Shown: positions 28,423 through 38,692, counted from the first letter of the stretch. The stretch is 64,000 nucleotides of DNA from Bacteroidales bacterium (GCA_049968755.1 JBMFQE010000005.1:18188-82187); one strand, 5' to 3'. Notes: a model not told the origin generated them from the sequence alone. Translations and numbers: made by a program.

Positions 28423-29136
28423 CTAAAGTGCATAATGTTTGGTCTGGATGGTATCCGACTCAATCATTCCGTCGCGAAGTCGAATGATACGTTGGGCATG
28501 GCGAGCTATATCCTCTTCGTGGGTGACCAGGATGATGGTATTTCCGCGTTCGTGAATTTCGTCAAAAAGCTGCATTATTTCGTTGGAGGTTTTGCTGTCG
28601 AGGTTTCCGGTAGGCTCATCGGCCAGGATGATTGAGGGGTTATTGATAAGCGCCCGGGCAATAGCTACGCGTTGACGTTGTCCGCCCGAAAGCTCATTGG
28701 GCTTGTGATGCATACGTTCTTTCAGACCAACACTTTTTATAACTTCCAGAGCACGTTGCTGTCGTTCCTTTTTTTCATATCCAGCATACACCAGCGGCAG
28801 CATAACATTCTCAAGAACATTGAAGCGGGGCAACAGGTTAAAGGTTTGAAATACAAAGCCAATTTCCTTATTCCTGATTTCAGCCAGTTTGTCATCGTTT
28901 AGCGTATTTACCTGCATGCCATTGAGCATGTAGGTACCCTGGGTAGGCGTGTCGAGACAGCCAATTATGTTCATCAGCGTCGATTTTCCCGAGCCCGAAG
29001 GTCCCATAATGGCTACGTACTCTCCTTTATTGATTTGCAGACTAATAGATCGAATGGCGGGGACTATAATTTTGCCTACATAATAATGTTTTATCAGGTT
29101 TGTTAGCTGGATAACAGTTTGGCCATCAGTGCTCAT
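28423..29136 (-). CDS. ABC transporter ATP-binding protein (LolD/MacB/FtsE-like subfamily)
   Basis: Walker [11 protein letters not shown]-loop, signature [15 protein letters not shown], Walker [13 protein letters not shown]-loop. No permease gene is adjacent. Confidence 0.9.
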   Translation of the reverse strand: MSTDGQTVIQLTNLIKHYYVGKIIVPAIRSISLQINKGEYVAIMGPSGSGKSTLMNIIGCLDTPTQGTYMLNGMQVNTLNDDKLAEIRNKEIGFVFQTFNLLPRFNVLENVMLPLVYAGYEKKERQQRALEVIKSVGLKERMHHKPNELSGGQRQRVAIARALINNPSIILADEPTGNLDSKTSNEIMQLFDEIHERGNTIILVTHEEDIARHAQRIIRLRDGMIESDTIQTKHYAL

Positions 29137-29431
29137 GCTTTGAGTATTTTTTTATCTTCTCGTCAATAGTAACGGGGGCAGCAGCCGAACTCTGGATTTT
29201 GAGGTTGCAAATCATATCGATAGCTCCAGCTTCGTAACAGGCCTGATGTATCTCTTCGACCAACTGCATGATTCGCTGATAATCCCCTTCGACCACCGTT
29301 TCAAAAGGGGTGACTATATATTTAAGCCCCGACTTTTTGATAACCTCTATGGCCGCATCTATTATTTCGTAAGGATGTCGGGTTATTGATCGAGGTATGA
29401 CTTGTATGGCTGCGTTTATTTGCGAATGCAT
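29126..29431 (-). CDS. MTH1187/YkoF-like (UPF0045, thiamine-binding-protein fold) small protein
   Basis: About 100 aa with the family-typical N-terminus AAIQVIP and [10 protein letters not shown]. This assignment is from memory of the family pattern, not a search. Confidence 0.6.
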   Translation of the reverse strand: MHSQINAAIQVIPRSITRHPYEIIDAAIEVIKKSGLKYIVTPFETVVEGDYQRIMQLVEEIHQACYEAGAIDMICNLKIQSSAAAPVTIDEKIKKYSKHEH

Positions 29432-29450
29432 CGATTATTTTTTTGGAATA

Positions 29451-30182
29451 TTAAACTGTTTTTTCGTGTTGAGCAATAATATTACTGATATCGCCGGCCG
29501 AGAGTATACGAACGTTTGTAATGATGCATTTTTCGTGCATAAAATTCCCGTATTGATTGATTTCCTGGAGTGCCTTTTCAAGGATTTCGGTAACCGACGC
29601 AAATAGCGGGAACAACGCTACCAACGTTACGTAATTGCCTGCAAAATTTATCTGCTCTATAATTATATCCTGATTTTTGAAGATATATGTCAGCTCGTCG
29701 CGGATGATTTTTTCCTGAAAAGGAGTATATTCCTTGTAGCTACGATGAAAAAGTACGATGAAATAGCGTAATTTCCCTTCCTTGCCCCCAAGTCCTGTCG
29801 AAATAAGCAGTTGCGGTTGGTCAAGAAGCTTCGATTGCAAAAGCAGTCGCGACTCCTGAATAGCCAGCCTTGTCCAGTCTTTCAACCCCTCATCGGCTTG
29901 CTCATAGTATTTTTCCAGAAAACGGTAGGCTTTCACATCCTCCAGCGAAGCAAGGCGGACAATCAATGCTTTCTTGTCTTTTATTTCAACATTGGGGTCA
30001 TAGAGTTGTTGGGCATGCGATTCCCAATCTTCCAGCGGTGCATGATCCTTGAGCCGTTTCGATTCCTCAAAATATTCCATTTGTACATCGACATCTACTA
30101 TTCCTTCCAAAATATTGATGTCGCCCTGAAAGGATTCCAGAAACTGTTGAAAATTTTCGAATATTTCTTCAGAATATTTCAA
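29451..30182 (-). CDS. hypothetical cytoplasmic protein
   Basis: A 243-aa ORF with no signal peptide and no recognised motif. It is co-directional with, and 19 nt from, the UPF0045 gene. Confidence 0.6.
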   Translation of the reverse strand: MKYSEEIFENFQQFLESFQGDINILEGIVDVDVQMEYFEESKRLKDHAPLEDWESHAQQLYDPNVEIKDKKALIVRLASLEDVKAYRFLEKYYEQADEGLKDWTRLAIQESRLLLQSKLLDQPQLLISTGLGGKEGKLRYFIVLFHRSYKEYTPFQEKIIRDELTYIFKNQDIIIEQINFAGNYVTLVALFPLFASVTEILEKALQEINQYGNFMHEKCIITNVRILSAGDISNIIAQHEKTV

Positions 30183-30309
30183 GGCAATTGAATTTTGTTG
30201 GTTGTTACAAAGTTAGTACCTTTTTTTTAATCGGGCTTGCGCTGGAAACGGTTATATTTTTTTTAACAATACTCAGGTACCGAATCCTCGATACCTGAGT
30301 TTAAAAAGG

Positions 30310-31746
30310 TTAGATACCAAAGGCATAGTATGCTATCACCCCATTGGGATAAACACCTTCAATATATACCCCTCCGCGGGTATTATTGAGAATTTTTTTC
30401 AGCTCGGCAATTGAGGTTACTGGTTTATTGTTCATTCGTGTAATGATGAAACCTTCCTCAATCCCAGCCCGACTAAATTTTCCCGGAGCAAGCTCAACAA
30501 TTTTTACTCCGTATCTAATACCCAGATTCCTCTTGTCCTCTTCGGTGATTTCGGCAAACTTTGCGCCAAAGATTACTGTTTCGGAAATATCCGTATTTTT
30601 AACAACTTTTGTTTCTCCCTGCAAGTTTCTCAATACAACGTCAAAAGTTTTTTCTTTATTGTCGCGCAATACGGTAACTTTTACTTTGTCGCCTGGACGG
30701 TACTTGCTGAGTTGTTCCTGAAGTTCAGCTGTATTCTGGACGGGTACGTCGTTAATTTTTGTTACTACATCGCCTTTTTTAATTCCTGCTTCTTTGGCAG
30801 CCCCTGTTTCGCGAACATCGCTTACATATACACCCATGGTGGTAGCAATATCGTTTTGTTTAGCAATCTCGGCGTTCATATCGGTGGGAGTGATACCCAG
30901 GAAGGCTCGCTGTACCACACCGTATTCGCGAAGATCGTCAACAACCTTTTTTACTATGGTCACCGGGATAGCAAAGGAGTTGCCCGCATAGCTACCCGAT
31001 GGAGAAAGTATAGCCGTGTTAATCCCCACCAGTTCGCCACGGGTGTTGACCAGTGCACCACCGCTATTGCCGGGATTAAGTGCGGCATCGGTCTGTATAA
31101 ACGATTCGAGCCGGTAGGTATCGTTGATAATATTAAGATTACGTGCTTTTGCACTTACAATACCAGCGGTTACTGTCGAGGTCAAATTGTAAGGATTACC
31201 AACGGCAAGCACCCATTCCCCTACACGCAGGGCATCGGAATTTCCGTAGGGAATGTATGGAAAATTATTTCCATCGATCTTGAGTAGAGCCAGATCGGTG
31301 CTGGGATCGCTGCCAATTAGTTTGGCATCAAACTCGCGATTGTCATTCAACTTAACTACAATTTCTTCGGCCCCCTTGATAACGTGGTGGTTGGTTACAA
31401 TGTAGCCGTCGGGACTGATAATAACCCCCGACCCAAACCCAACTACAGGTTGTTCGCGGGTGATAGTACCATCACCGTAAAAAAATTCGTAAATAGGATT
31501 ACGGTAGGTAGTTTCAACCTTTGACTTTGTCCGCACATGTACCACAGCATGAATGGTTTGCTCGGCTGCATAGGTGAAATCGATGGGTTGTTGGCCAGTA
31601 TCGGAATACGATACCTGACGGGCATAATTGGGATAATTATACACTACCTGGGGCTTATGGTAAAAATGATGGTAGGCTGCTACCGATATAAGTGCGCTGA
31701 ATATTGCTATCAACGCTGTCTCGAAATAATATCTTCTTGTTCTCAT
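30310..31746 (-). CDS. htrA: periplasmic serine endoprotease HtrA/DegQ family with two PDZ domains
   Basis: Catalytic triad context (TNHHV, DLALLK, GNSGGALV) and two C-terminal PDZ segments. Confidence 0.92.
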   Translation of the reverse strand: MRTRRYYFETALIAIFSALISVAAYHHFYHKPQVVYNYPNYARQVSYSDTGQQPIDFTYAAEQTIHAVVHVRTKSKVETTYRNPIYEFFYGDGTITREQPVVGFGSGVIISPDGYIVTNHHVIKGAEEIVVKLNDNREFDAKLIGSDPSTDLALLKIDGNNFPYIPYGNSDALRVGEWVLAVGNPYNLTSTVTAGIVSAKARNLNIINDTYRLESFIQTDAALNPGNSGGALVNTRGELVGINTAILSPSGSYAGNSFAIPVTIVKKVVDDLREYGVVQRAFLGITPTDMNAEIAKQNDIATTMGVYVSDVRETGAAKEAGIKKGDVVTKINDVPVQNTAELQEQLSKYRPGDKVKVTVLRDNKEKTFDVVLRNLQGETKVVKNTDISETVIFGAKFAEITEEDKRNLGIRYGVKIVELAPGKFSRAGIEEGFIITRMNNKPVTSIAELKKILNNTRGGVYIEGVYPNGVIAYYAFGI

Positions 31747-32111
31747 AATATTTTGATTTTTTGTTGATTAATGATTGATTTCTTTTTTTCAAAGTTGGTC
31801 AAAATTTATACCGCTGACAAATTGTCGTTGTTAAGGGATGTTAAGGAGGATTGTTAAAAAAAGTAAAGTGAAATTAATTTCTAAAAGAAATCGGGATAAA
31901 AAGCTCAGAATATTTGCAAATTGGGATATAATAAAACGGTCCTTGTATCCTCGAATGCGGCATAGTAATAGCATTTTACCAAAAAATAACCCTTCATCCC
32001 GTTGGAAGGAATGACAGATATCTTTCTTACCTGATTAGTTGTGGCAAAAGTCAATTTCCAGGGATAATCCTGATAGTATGGGCTAAAATTTTTTTTACCC
32101 AGCGAGATTCG

Positions 32112-32119
32112 TAACTTTG
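32112..32119 (+). promoter_or_regulatory. candidate -7 promoter box (TAACTTTG) for purL
   Basis: Matches TAnnTTTG. It overlaps the ORF-track TTG start at 32117, which argues for the ATG at 32132 or 32141. Confidence 0.45.
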
Positions 32120-32131
32120 CAAAGCAAAAAA

Positions 32132-35100
32132 ATGCTTAACATGATTTATTATTTTCAGACCGAGAATTCATACATTGTTGTTGATAGTATTCGTGAGCTT
32201 GGTGGTGTTGATATTGAGAAACTAAATTGGTTGCTTTCGGGCAAACGAATTGAAGTAGAGGTCATTGAGGGATATTTTGTAGGCCCACGCCGGGAAATGA
32301 TAACTCCCTGGAGTACCAATGCGGTGGAAATAACCCGGAATATGGGTATCGAAGGAATCGTGCGGATGGAAGAGTTTTTTCCGGTCGCCTCGGCCGATTC
32401 TACCTACGATCGGATGCTTCAGGCGTTATATCACAAACTTACGCCAGAAATCTTTCATATCGATAGGCAACCTGAACCTATCCGCTTTATTGAAGATTTA
32501 GAGAGTTACAATCAGCAAGAGGGGCTTGCCCTGAATACGGATGAAATAGTCTACCTAAAACAGCTGAGTCGGAAACTTGGGAGGCTTCTAACAGATAGCG
32601 AAATTTTTGGTTTTTCTCAGGTCAATTCAGAACATTGCCGTCATAAGATATTCAACGGCACATTTATTATTGATGGTAAAGAGCAAAGCAGCACGCTTTT
32701 TCAGCTCATTAAGAAAACCACGCAGCAAAATCCCAACCGGGTGGTGTCGGCCTATCGCGATAACTGTGCTTTCATACAGGGGCCAGTGGTAGAACAATTT
32801 GCGCCCCAACGTGCCGATGTGCCTTCCATTTTCGTTACCCGGCCCATGGAAACGGTGATATCGCTAAAAGCCGAAACCCATAATTTCCCTACCACTGTCG
32901 AGCCGTTCAATGGCGCTGCTACGGGCACTGGTGGCGAAATACGCGACCGTATGGCTGGGGGCAAGGGGGCATTTCCCATTGCTGGTACTGCCGTGTACAT
33001 GACGCCATATCCACGAAACGATCAGCGACCCTGGGAACTGGCCATCCCTCCCCGAAAGTGGTTGTATCAAACCCCCGAGGATATTCTGATAAAAGCCTCC
33101 AATGGTGCCAGTGATTTTGGAAATAAGTATGGTCAACCCCTTATTTGTGGTAGCGTACTTACTTTCGAGCATTCCGAAAAAGATCAGCTTTACAGCTACG
33201 ATAAGGTGATTATGCTTGCCGGGGGAGTAGGGTATGGGCTTAAAAAAGACAGCCAGAAAGGTAGCCCCGAAAAAGATGATCGGATAGTAATGATGGGTGG
33301 CGATAACTACCGCATAGGCATGGGGGGAGGAGCTGTGTCGTCGGTAGCTACTGGTGAATACAATGACACCATAGAACTGAATGCTGTCCAGCGATCGAAC
33401 CCCGAAATGCAAAAACGGGTATTTAACGTAATCCGAGGATTAGCCGAGATGGACAATAATCCTATCATATCCATCCACGACCATGGGGCAGGAGGTCACC
33501 TCAATTGCTTTTCAGAATTAGTTGAACCCGAAGGCGGTGAAATTGATATTGCCCGGCTACCCATTGGCGATCCCACCCTGTCGGCCAAAGAAATTATTGG
33601 CAACGAATCACAGGAACGCATGGGGCTTCTGCTGAAAAATGACGATATCCAACTGGTCAGGCGCATTGCCGAACGCGAAAGGGCTCCCATGTATGAGGTT
33701 GGAAAAATTACGGGCGATGGGAATTTTAGTTTTGTTGATTCACGCACGGGAGAAAAACCATTGAACCTTCAGCTGGTTGATATGTTTGGTAATCCTCCCA
33801 GGAGTGTTTTAATCGATTCCACGCATTTAAAGACATACGAAGAACCTACCTACGAGAATGAAAAGATTCAAGAATACTTGGCCTGGGTATTACAGCTTGA
33901 GGGGGTCGGGTGTAAAGACTGGCTTACCAATAAGGTCGACAGGTCGGTTACGGGTCGTGTAGCCCAGCAGCAGACGGTGGGCGAGTTGCAACTTCCCCTA
34001 AGTAATGTAGCAGTTGTTGCACTCGATTATCTGGGCCAGCGGGGTATTGCTACGGCCATTGGACATGCACCCATTGTCGGGTTGGTCAACGAACAGCATG
34101 GATCGATACTTTCCATTGCTGAGGCACTAACCAACATTATGTGGGCACCTATTGAAGGAGGACTGAGGGGGGTATCTTTGAGTGCCAACTGGATGTGGCC
34201 AGCCAAACAACCCGGCGAGGATGCCCGGCTCTATCGTGCTGTGGAAGCCGCCAGTAACTTTGCCCTACAGTTGGGAATTAATATTCCTACTGGCAAAGAC
34301 TCCCTGTCGATGACCCAAAAATATCCCGACGGAAGGATGGTGTATGCCCCGGGAACCCTTATTGTATCGGCGGCTGCTGAAGTTACCTATATTCGCAAGG
34401 TGGTTAACCCTGCCCTTGTACCTGATATCGATACTATTCTTGTTTATATCGATATGTCGCAGGCTCCATTTGCTTTGGGTGGAAGTGCTCTTGGACAGGT
34501 GCTTAACAAAATTGGCGGAAGTACACCTACCGTTAAAGATCCAGCCTATTTTGCCAGCGTATTTAATGCGATTCAACTGCTTATCCAGGAAGAAAAAATA
34601 CTGGCAGGCCACGATATCTCTTCGGGTGGACTCATTACAGCTCTGCTTGAAATGAATTTTCCTAACACCCGTGGGGGTATGAACATTGACCTTAACACGC
34701 TGGCCGAGAAAGATTGGATCAAAATACTTTTCAGTGAAAATCCAGGGATTATCGTTCAGATTTCCAATGAGGATAAAGAGCCAGTTGCCAACTTTTTGAA
34801 GGGGAAGGGTATCACTTTTCATTTGATAGGTAAGGTTACACCTGAACGGAAGATACTCATCAAAAAGGGCAACCAGGTACTCTCTGTGGATATAGATGCG
34901 ATGCGCGATATTTGGTATCGCCCCTCGTACCTGCTCGATCGTCGGCAAAGTGGGGAAACACCTGCTCTTGAACGATATCAAAATTATAAAAGGTTACCCC
35001 TCCAGTATACATTCTCCGAAAAATTTACTGGTCAGCTAAGTCAGTATGGCTTAACCCTCCGTCGCAACTCACCGTCGGGCATAAGGGCAGCCATTGTTCG

Positions 35101-35830
35101 TGAACAAGGTTCGAATGGCGACAGGGAAATGGCATGGGCTCTGTATCTGGCTGGATTTGATGTCAAGGATGTTCACATGACCGATATCATTACAGGACGC
35201 GAAACACTCGACGATGTGCATTTCGTTGTTTTTGTCGGTGGTTTTGCCAACTCCGACGTATTGGGTTCGGCAAGGGGATGGGCAGGCGCATTTCTATACA
35301 ACCTACAGGCAAAACAAACGCTCGATCGTTTTTATGCACGTCACGATACCCTGAGCCTGGGAGTATGTAATGGTTGTCAGCTGATGACAGAGCTAAATCT
35401 TATCTATCCGGAGCATCAGCAGCATCCCCGGATGAAACACAATAGAACACATAAGTTCGAATCGCATTTTGTTAATGTAACCATACTTGAAAACAATTCT
35501 ATAATGCTTAAGTCGCTTCGGGGAAGCAGACTTGGAATTTGGGTAGCTCATGGAGAGGGACGTTTTCATTTGCCCATGGCGGAAGAAAACTATCATATTC
35601 CAATGAAATATAGCTACAGCGATTTTCCGGGTAATCCCAACGGGAGCGATTACGATGCAGCGGCAATATGCTCGGTCGACGGACGACATCTGGCTATGAT
35701 GCCTCACCTTGAACGTTCTATTTATCCATGGAATTGGGCTTATTATCCCCATCAACGGAAAAACGATGAGGTAAGCCCCTGGATTGAGGCCTTTGTGAAT
35801 GCAAGGGAATGGATTAAGCAATCACGATAA
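32132..35830 (+). CDS. purL: phosphoribosylformylglycinamidine synthase (large single-chain PurL)
   Basis: A ~1230-aa protein with an FGAM synthase core (SEHCRHKIF, AETHNFPT, GAATGTGGEIRD) and a C-terminal glutamine amidotransferase (GVCNGCQ, HGEGR). The start is ambiguous (32132 or 32141). Confidence 0.95.
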   Translation: MLNMIYYFQTENSYIVVDSIRELGGVDIEKLNWLLSGKRIEVEVIEGYFVGPRREMITPWSTNAVEITRNMGIEGIVRMEEFFPVASADSTYDRMLQALYHKLTPEIFHIDRQPEPIRFIEDLESYNQQEGLALNTDEIVYLKQLSRKLGRLLTDSEIFGFSQVNSEHCRHKIFNGTFIIDGKEQSSTLFQLIKKTTQQNPNRVVSAYRDNCAFIQGPVVEQFAPQRADVPSIFVTRPMETVISLKAETHNFPTTVEPFNGAATGTGGEIRDRMAGGKGAFPIAGTAVYMTPYPRNDQRPWELAIPPRKWLYQTPEDILIKASNGASDFGNKYGQPLICGSVLTFEHSEKDQLYSYDKVIMLAGGVGYGLKKDSQKGSPEKDDRIVMMGGDNYRIGMGGGAVSSVATGEYNDTIELNAVQRSNPEMQKRVFNVIRGLAEMDNNPIISIHDHGAGGHLNCFSELVEPEGGEIDIARLPIGDPTLSAKEIIGNESQERMGLLLKNDDIQLVRRIAERERAPMYEVGKITGDGNFSFVDSRTGEKPLNLQLVDMFGNPPRSVLIDSTHLKTYEEPTYENEKIQEYLAWVLQLEGVGCKDWLTNKVDRSVTGRVAQQQTVGELQLPLSNVAVVALDYLGQRGIATAIGHAPIVGLVNEQHGSILSIAEALTNIMWAPIEGGLRGVSLSANWMWPAKQPGEDARLYRAVEAASNFALQLGINIPTGKDSLSMTQKYPDGRMVYAPGTLIVSAAAEVTYIRKVVNPALVPDIDTILVYIDMSQAPFALGGSALGQVLNKIGGSTPTVKDPAYFASVFNAIQLLIQEEKILAGHDISSGGLITALLEMNFPNTRGGMNIDLNTLAEKDWIKILFSENPGIIVQISNEDKEPVANFLKGKGITFHLIGKVTPERKILIKKGNQVLSVDIDAMRDIWYRPSYLLDRRQSGETPALERYQNYKRLPLQYTFSEKFTGQLSQYGLTLRRNSPSGIRAAIVREQGSNGDREMAWALYLAGFDVKDVHMTDIITGRETLDDVHFVVFVGGFANSDVLGSARGWAGAFLYNLQAKQTLDRFYARHDTLSLGVCNGCQLMTELNLIYPEHQQHPRMKHNRTHKFESHFVNVTILENNSIMLKSLRGSRLGIWVAHGEGRFHLPMAEENYHIPMKYSYSDFPGNPNGSDYDAAAICSVDGRHLAMMPHLERSIYPWNWAYYPHQRKNDEVSPWIEAFVNAREWIKQSR

Positions 35831-35863
35831 ATATTTATTTATGTCAAACCTAAAAAATGACTG

Positions 35864-35967
35864 ATGAAACACCCATGTTTCTGCGAACGCAAACACAATA
35901 GTGATAAAATTGCGAACATGGGTGTTCCATCATACCTTTAAAAATTAATTTTATTATGATGAAAAAA
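35864..35967 (+). repeat. copy A of a ~100-bp duplicated leader cassette (hairpin 35868-35926) ending in the fabD start codon
   Basis: Near-identical to 41065-41167, with 2 substitutions, a net 3-nt indel and a 1-nt indel. Confidence 0.9.
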
Positions 35968-36837
35968 GCATACGTATTTCCAGGACAGGGCTCACAGTTT
36001 GTGGGTATGGGAAAAGACCTGTACGAAAGTTCACCAGTTGCGCGGGAATTGTTTGAAAAGGCGAACGATATTCTGGGCTTCCGAATTACCGACCTGATGT
36101 TCTCGGGTACGGATGAAGACTTAAAGCAAACCCGTGTAACTCAACCTGCTATTTTTTTACATTCGGTTATTGTTGCAATTGTAGCAGGCGATACATTCAA
36201 GCCCGATATGGTTGCTGGGCATTCGCTGGGAGAATTTTCGGCTCTGGTAGCGAGCCGTGCACTGAGCTTTGAAGATGGATTGGTGCTGGTTTCGAAGCGG
36301 GCAATGGCCATGCAAAAGGCCTGCGACCTTCAGCCTTCTACAATGGCTGCAATTTTAGGACTTGACGATGAGGTGGTAGAAGAGGTTTGTAAATCTATCC
36401 CTGACATTGTAGTGCCTGCTAACTACAATAGTCCTGGTCAGCTGGTAATTTCGGGTAGTATCAGCGGCATCGAAAAAGCCATTGATCTACTCACTGCGAA
36501 AGGCGCTAAACGAGCTTTAAAGCTGCCCGTCGGAGGAGCTTTTCATTCACCTTTGATGGAACCTGCCCGGCAGGAGCTGGCCGAAGCTATTGAAGGTACC
36601 CATTTTAATGCACCCATTTGTCCCATTTATCAAAATGTAATAGCAGCTGCTGAAACCAATCCTTTGACTATCAAAGAAAATCTGATTAAACAGCTTACTG
36701 CGCCTGTCAAGTGGACGCAATCTGTCCAGGCCATGGTAGCCGATGGTGCTACCGAATTTTATGAGGTAGGTCCTGGTAAGGTGCTTCAGGGATTAATTAA
36801 AAAAATTTACAAGGACGCCATAGTGGCCAGTTTATAA
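35956..36837 (+). CDS. fabD: malonyl-CoA:ACP transacylase
   Basis: FPGQGSQ and active-site GHSLGE motifs. Length 293 aa. Confidence 0.95.
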   Translation: MMKKAYVFPGQGSQFVGMGKDLYESSPVARELFEKANDILGFRITDLMFSGTDEDLKQTRVTQPAIFLHSVIVAIVAGDTFKPDMVAGHSLGEFSALVASRALSFEDGLVLVSKRAMAMQKACDLQPSTMAAILGLDDEVVEEVCKSIPDIVVPANYNSPGQLVISGSISGIEKAIDLLTAKGAKRALKLPVGGAFHSPLMEPARQELAEAIEGTHFNAPICPIYQNVIAAAETNPLTIKENLIKQLTAPVKWTQSVQAMVADGATEFYEVGPGKVLQGLIKKIYKDAIVASL

Positions 36838-36843
36838 AAATTA

Positions 36844-36872
36844 GGGGCGATTTTTTTTCGCCCCTTTTTTTT
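36844..36872. terminator. bidirectional terminator between convergent fabD and mdh
   Basis: GGGGCG-A-T8-CGCCCC hairpin followed by a T8 run. A-rich sequence on the other side gives a U-tract for the minus strand. Confidence 0.75.
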
Positions 36873-37809
36873 ATCCGAAGATTTTTAATCCTTCCAATGC
36901 ATCCATAAGCGATTTTACCGCCTGAACGGAGTTGTCGAATAGCGTACGTTCGTCGGCATTTAGTTCAATTTCAATGATCTGTTCGATACCTTTTTTTCCC
37001 AGTTTTACAGGTACACCTACAAATAGTCCCTTGTAACCATATTCACCATTTAGATGTGCGCAGCATGGGAAGATGCGTTTTTGATCCCGAATAATGGCTT
37101 CAACCATTTGTGCGGCGGCAGCTCCCGGTGCATACCAGGCCGAAGTACCTAACAGACTTACAATTTCACCTCCTCCGTTTTGGGTACGTTTGATAATATT
37201 ATCCAGCTGCTCCTTACCTATAAGCTGCGTTACGGGTATACCGGCCACCGTAGTATATCGAGGCAATGGCACCATGGTGTCGCCATGTCCTCCCAACAGC
37301 AGTGCCTGAATATCTTTTGGACTACAATTAAGGGCTTCGGCCAGAAAAGCCTTGTATCGTGCCGTATCCAGTATACCTGCCATACCCATCACCCGATTGG
37401 CCTCGAAACCTGATGCACGATAGGCTACATACGTCATCACATCAAGGGGGTTCGATACAACAACAATTTTGGCATCGGGCGATGTTTTTACCACTTTTTC
37501 AGTAACCTCCTTAACGATACCCGCATTAATAGAAATTAGATCGTCCCTACTCATCCCCGGTTTACGCGGCACCCCCGAGGTGATTACAACCACATCCGAG
37601 TTTTTAGTTGCCTGATAATCATCCGTAACCCCAATAATCCGACTGTCGTAATAATTAATGGGAGCCGTTTGCCACATATCCAGCGATTTACCCTCGGCAA
37701 CGCCCTGCTTAATATCCACCAGTACTATCTGTTCGGCAACTTCTCTTGCAGCCAATACCTGAGCTACTGTAGCTCCTACATTTCCTGCTCCTATTACACT
37801 TACTTTCAT
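36871..37809 (-). CDS. mdh: malate dehydrogenase (LDH-like family)
   Basis: MKVSVIGAGNVG Rossmann motif, a substrate-binding Arg region (GVPRKPGMSRDDL) and catalytic GGHGD. Confidence 0.93.
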   Translation of the reverse strand: MKVSVIGAGNVGATVAQVLAAREVAEQIVLVDIKQGVAEGKSLDMWQTAPINYYDSRIIGVTDDYQATKNSDVVVITSGVPRKPGMSRDDLISINAGIVKEVTEKVVKTSPDAKIVVVSNPLDVMTYVAYRASGFEANRVMGMAGILDTARYKAFLAEALNCSPKDIQALLLGGHGDTMVPLPRYTTVAGIPVTQLIGKEQLDNIIKRTQNGGGEIVSLLGTSAWYAPGAAAAQMVEAIIRDQKRIFPCCAHLNGEYGYKGLFVGVPVKLGKKGIEQIIEIELNADERTLFDNSVQAVKSLMDALEGLKIFG

Positions 37810-37834
37810 TTTGCGTTAATTTACATTTAGTATT

Positions 37835-37842
37835 CAAATATA
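37835..37842 (-). promoter_or_regulatory. candidate -7 promoter box (TATATTTG) for mdh
   Basis: The reverse complement of CAAATATA matches TAnnTTTG, 25 nt upstream of the mdh ATG. Confidence 0.4.
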
Positions 37843-37918
37843 TAATTTGTAATGAAAATTTCAAGGAATACAAAAGCGTGGATAATTGATGTATTCGTTC
37901 ATAATAACAAGATTTACT

Positions 37919-37926
37919 TAACTTTG
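37919..37926 (+). promoter_or_regulatory. candidate -7 promoter box (TAACTTTG) for yggS
   Basis: Matches TAnnTTTG, 21 nt upstream of the ATG at 37947. Confidence 0.4.
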
Positions 37927-37946
37927 TTGCAAAATTGAAGAACGGC

Positions 37947-38630
37947 ATGATAGCAGAAAATTTCAACAGTATAATTAAAACTCTTCCCCAGCATGTTCGT
38001 ATTGTGGCTGTGTCCAAAACACATTCACCCGAAAAAATATTGGAACTGTACCAGCTGGGGCATCGGCTGTTCGGAGAAAATAAGGTTCAGGAGCTTGTAT
38101 CGAAGTATCAGGTACTGCCAAAGGATATCCAGTGGCATATGATTGGTCATTTACAGACCAATAAGGTTAAATATATTGCCCCATTCATTGCTATGATTCA
38201 TTCGGTCGACTCGGTTAAGCTACTCGACGTAATTGAAAAAGAAGCGGCAAAAAACAATCGTTCAATTCCCTGTTTGCTTCAGGTGCATATTGCACGTGAG
38301 GAAACAAAATTTGGTTTTTCCGAAGAAGAACTTTTACAACTCCTATCAAATGGTCAATGGCACAAATATCAGCATATCATTTTTGCCGGATTGATGGGAA
38401 TGGCTACCTATACCGACGATACCGACCAGATCAGAAGCGAATTTCGTTCATTATCCAAACTTTTTCATCGCATAAAAGAAGAATATTTTCCTCAAAATGA
38501 ATCTTTTAACACGTTATCCATGGGTATGTCAAACGATTATCAGATAGCCATTGAGGAGGGATCGAATATGATTCGGGTAGGCAGTTTGATTTTTGGGGAA
38601 AGAAATTATGGTAATAAATCGGTAGGATAA
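37947..38630 (+). CDS. yggS: YggS family pyridoxal-phosphate homeostasis protein
   Basis: VAVSKT (PLP lysine), FGENKVQE, WHMIGHLQTNK and MGMSNDY motifs. Confidence 0.9.
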   Translation: MIAENFNSIIKTLPQHVRIVAVSKTHSPEKILELYQLGHRLFGENKVQELVSKYQVLPKDIQWHMIGHLQTNKVKYIAPFIAMIHSVDSVKLLDVIEKEAAKNNRSIPCLLQVHIAREETKFGFSEEELLQLLSNGQWHKYQHIIFAGLMGMATYTDDTDQIRSEFRSLSKLFHRIKEEYFPQNESFNTLSMGMSNDYQIAIEEGSNMIRVGSLIFGERNYGNKSVG

Positions 38631-38654
38631 GCGTAAACTTTTATTAATAATTTA

Positions 38655-38662
38655 TAAATTTG
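38655..38662 (+). promoter_or_regulatory. candidate -7 promoter box (TAAATTTG) for prs
   Basis: Matches TAnnTTTG, 31 nt upstream of the ATG at 38693. Confidence 0.4.
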
Positions 38663-38692
38663 CGTGCCAAAAATTAAGAGCACTTATCATTG

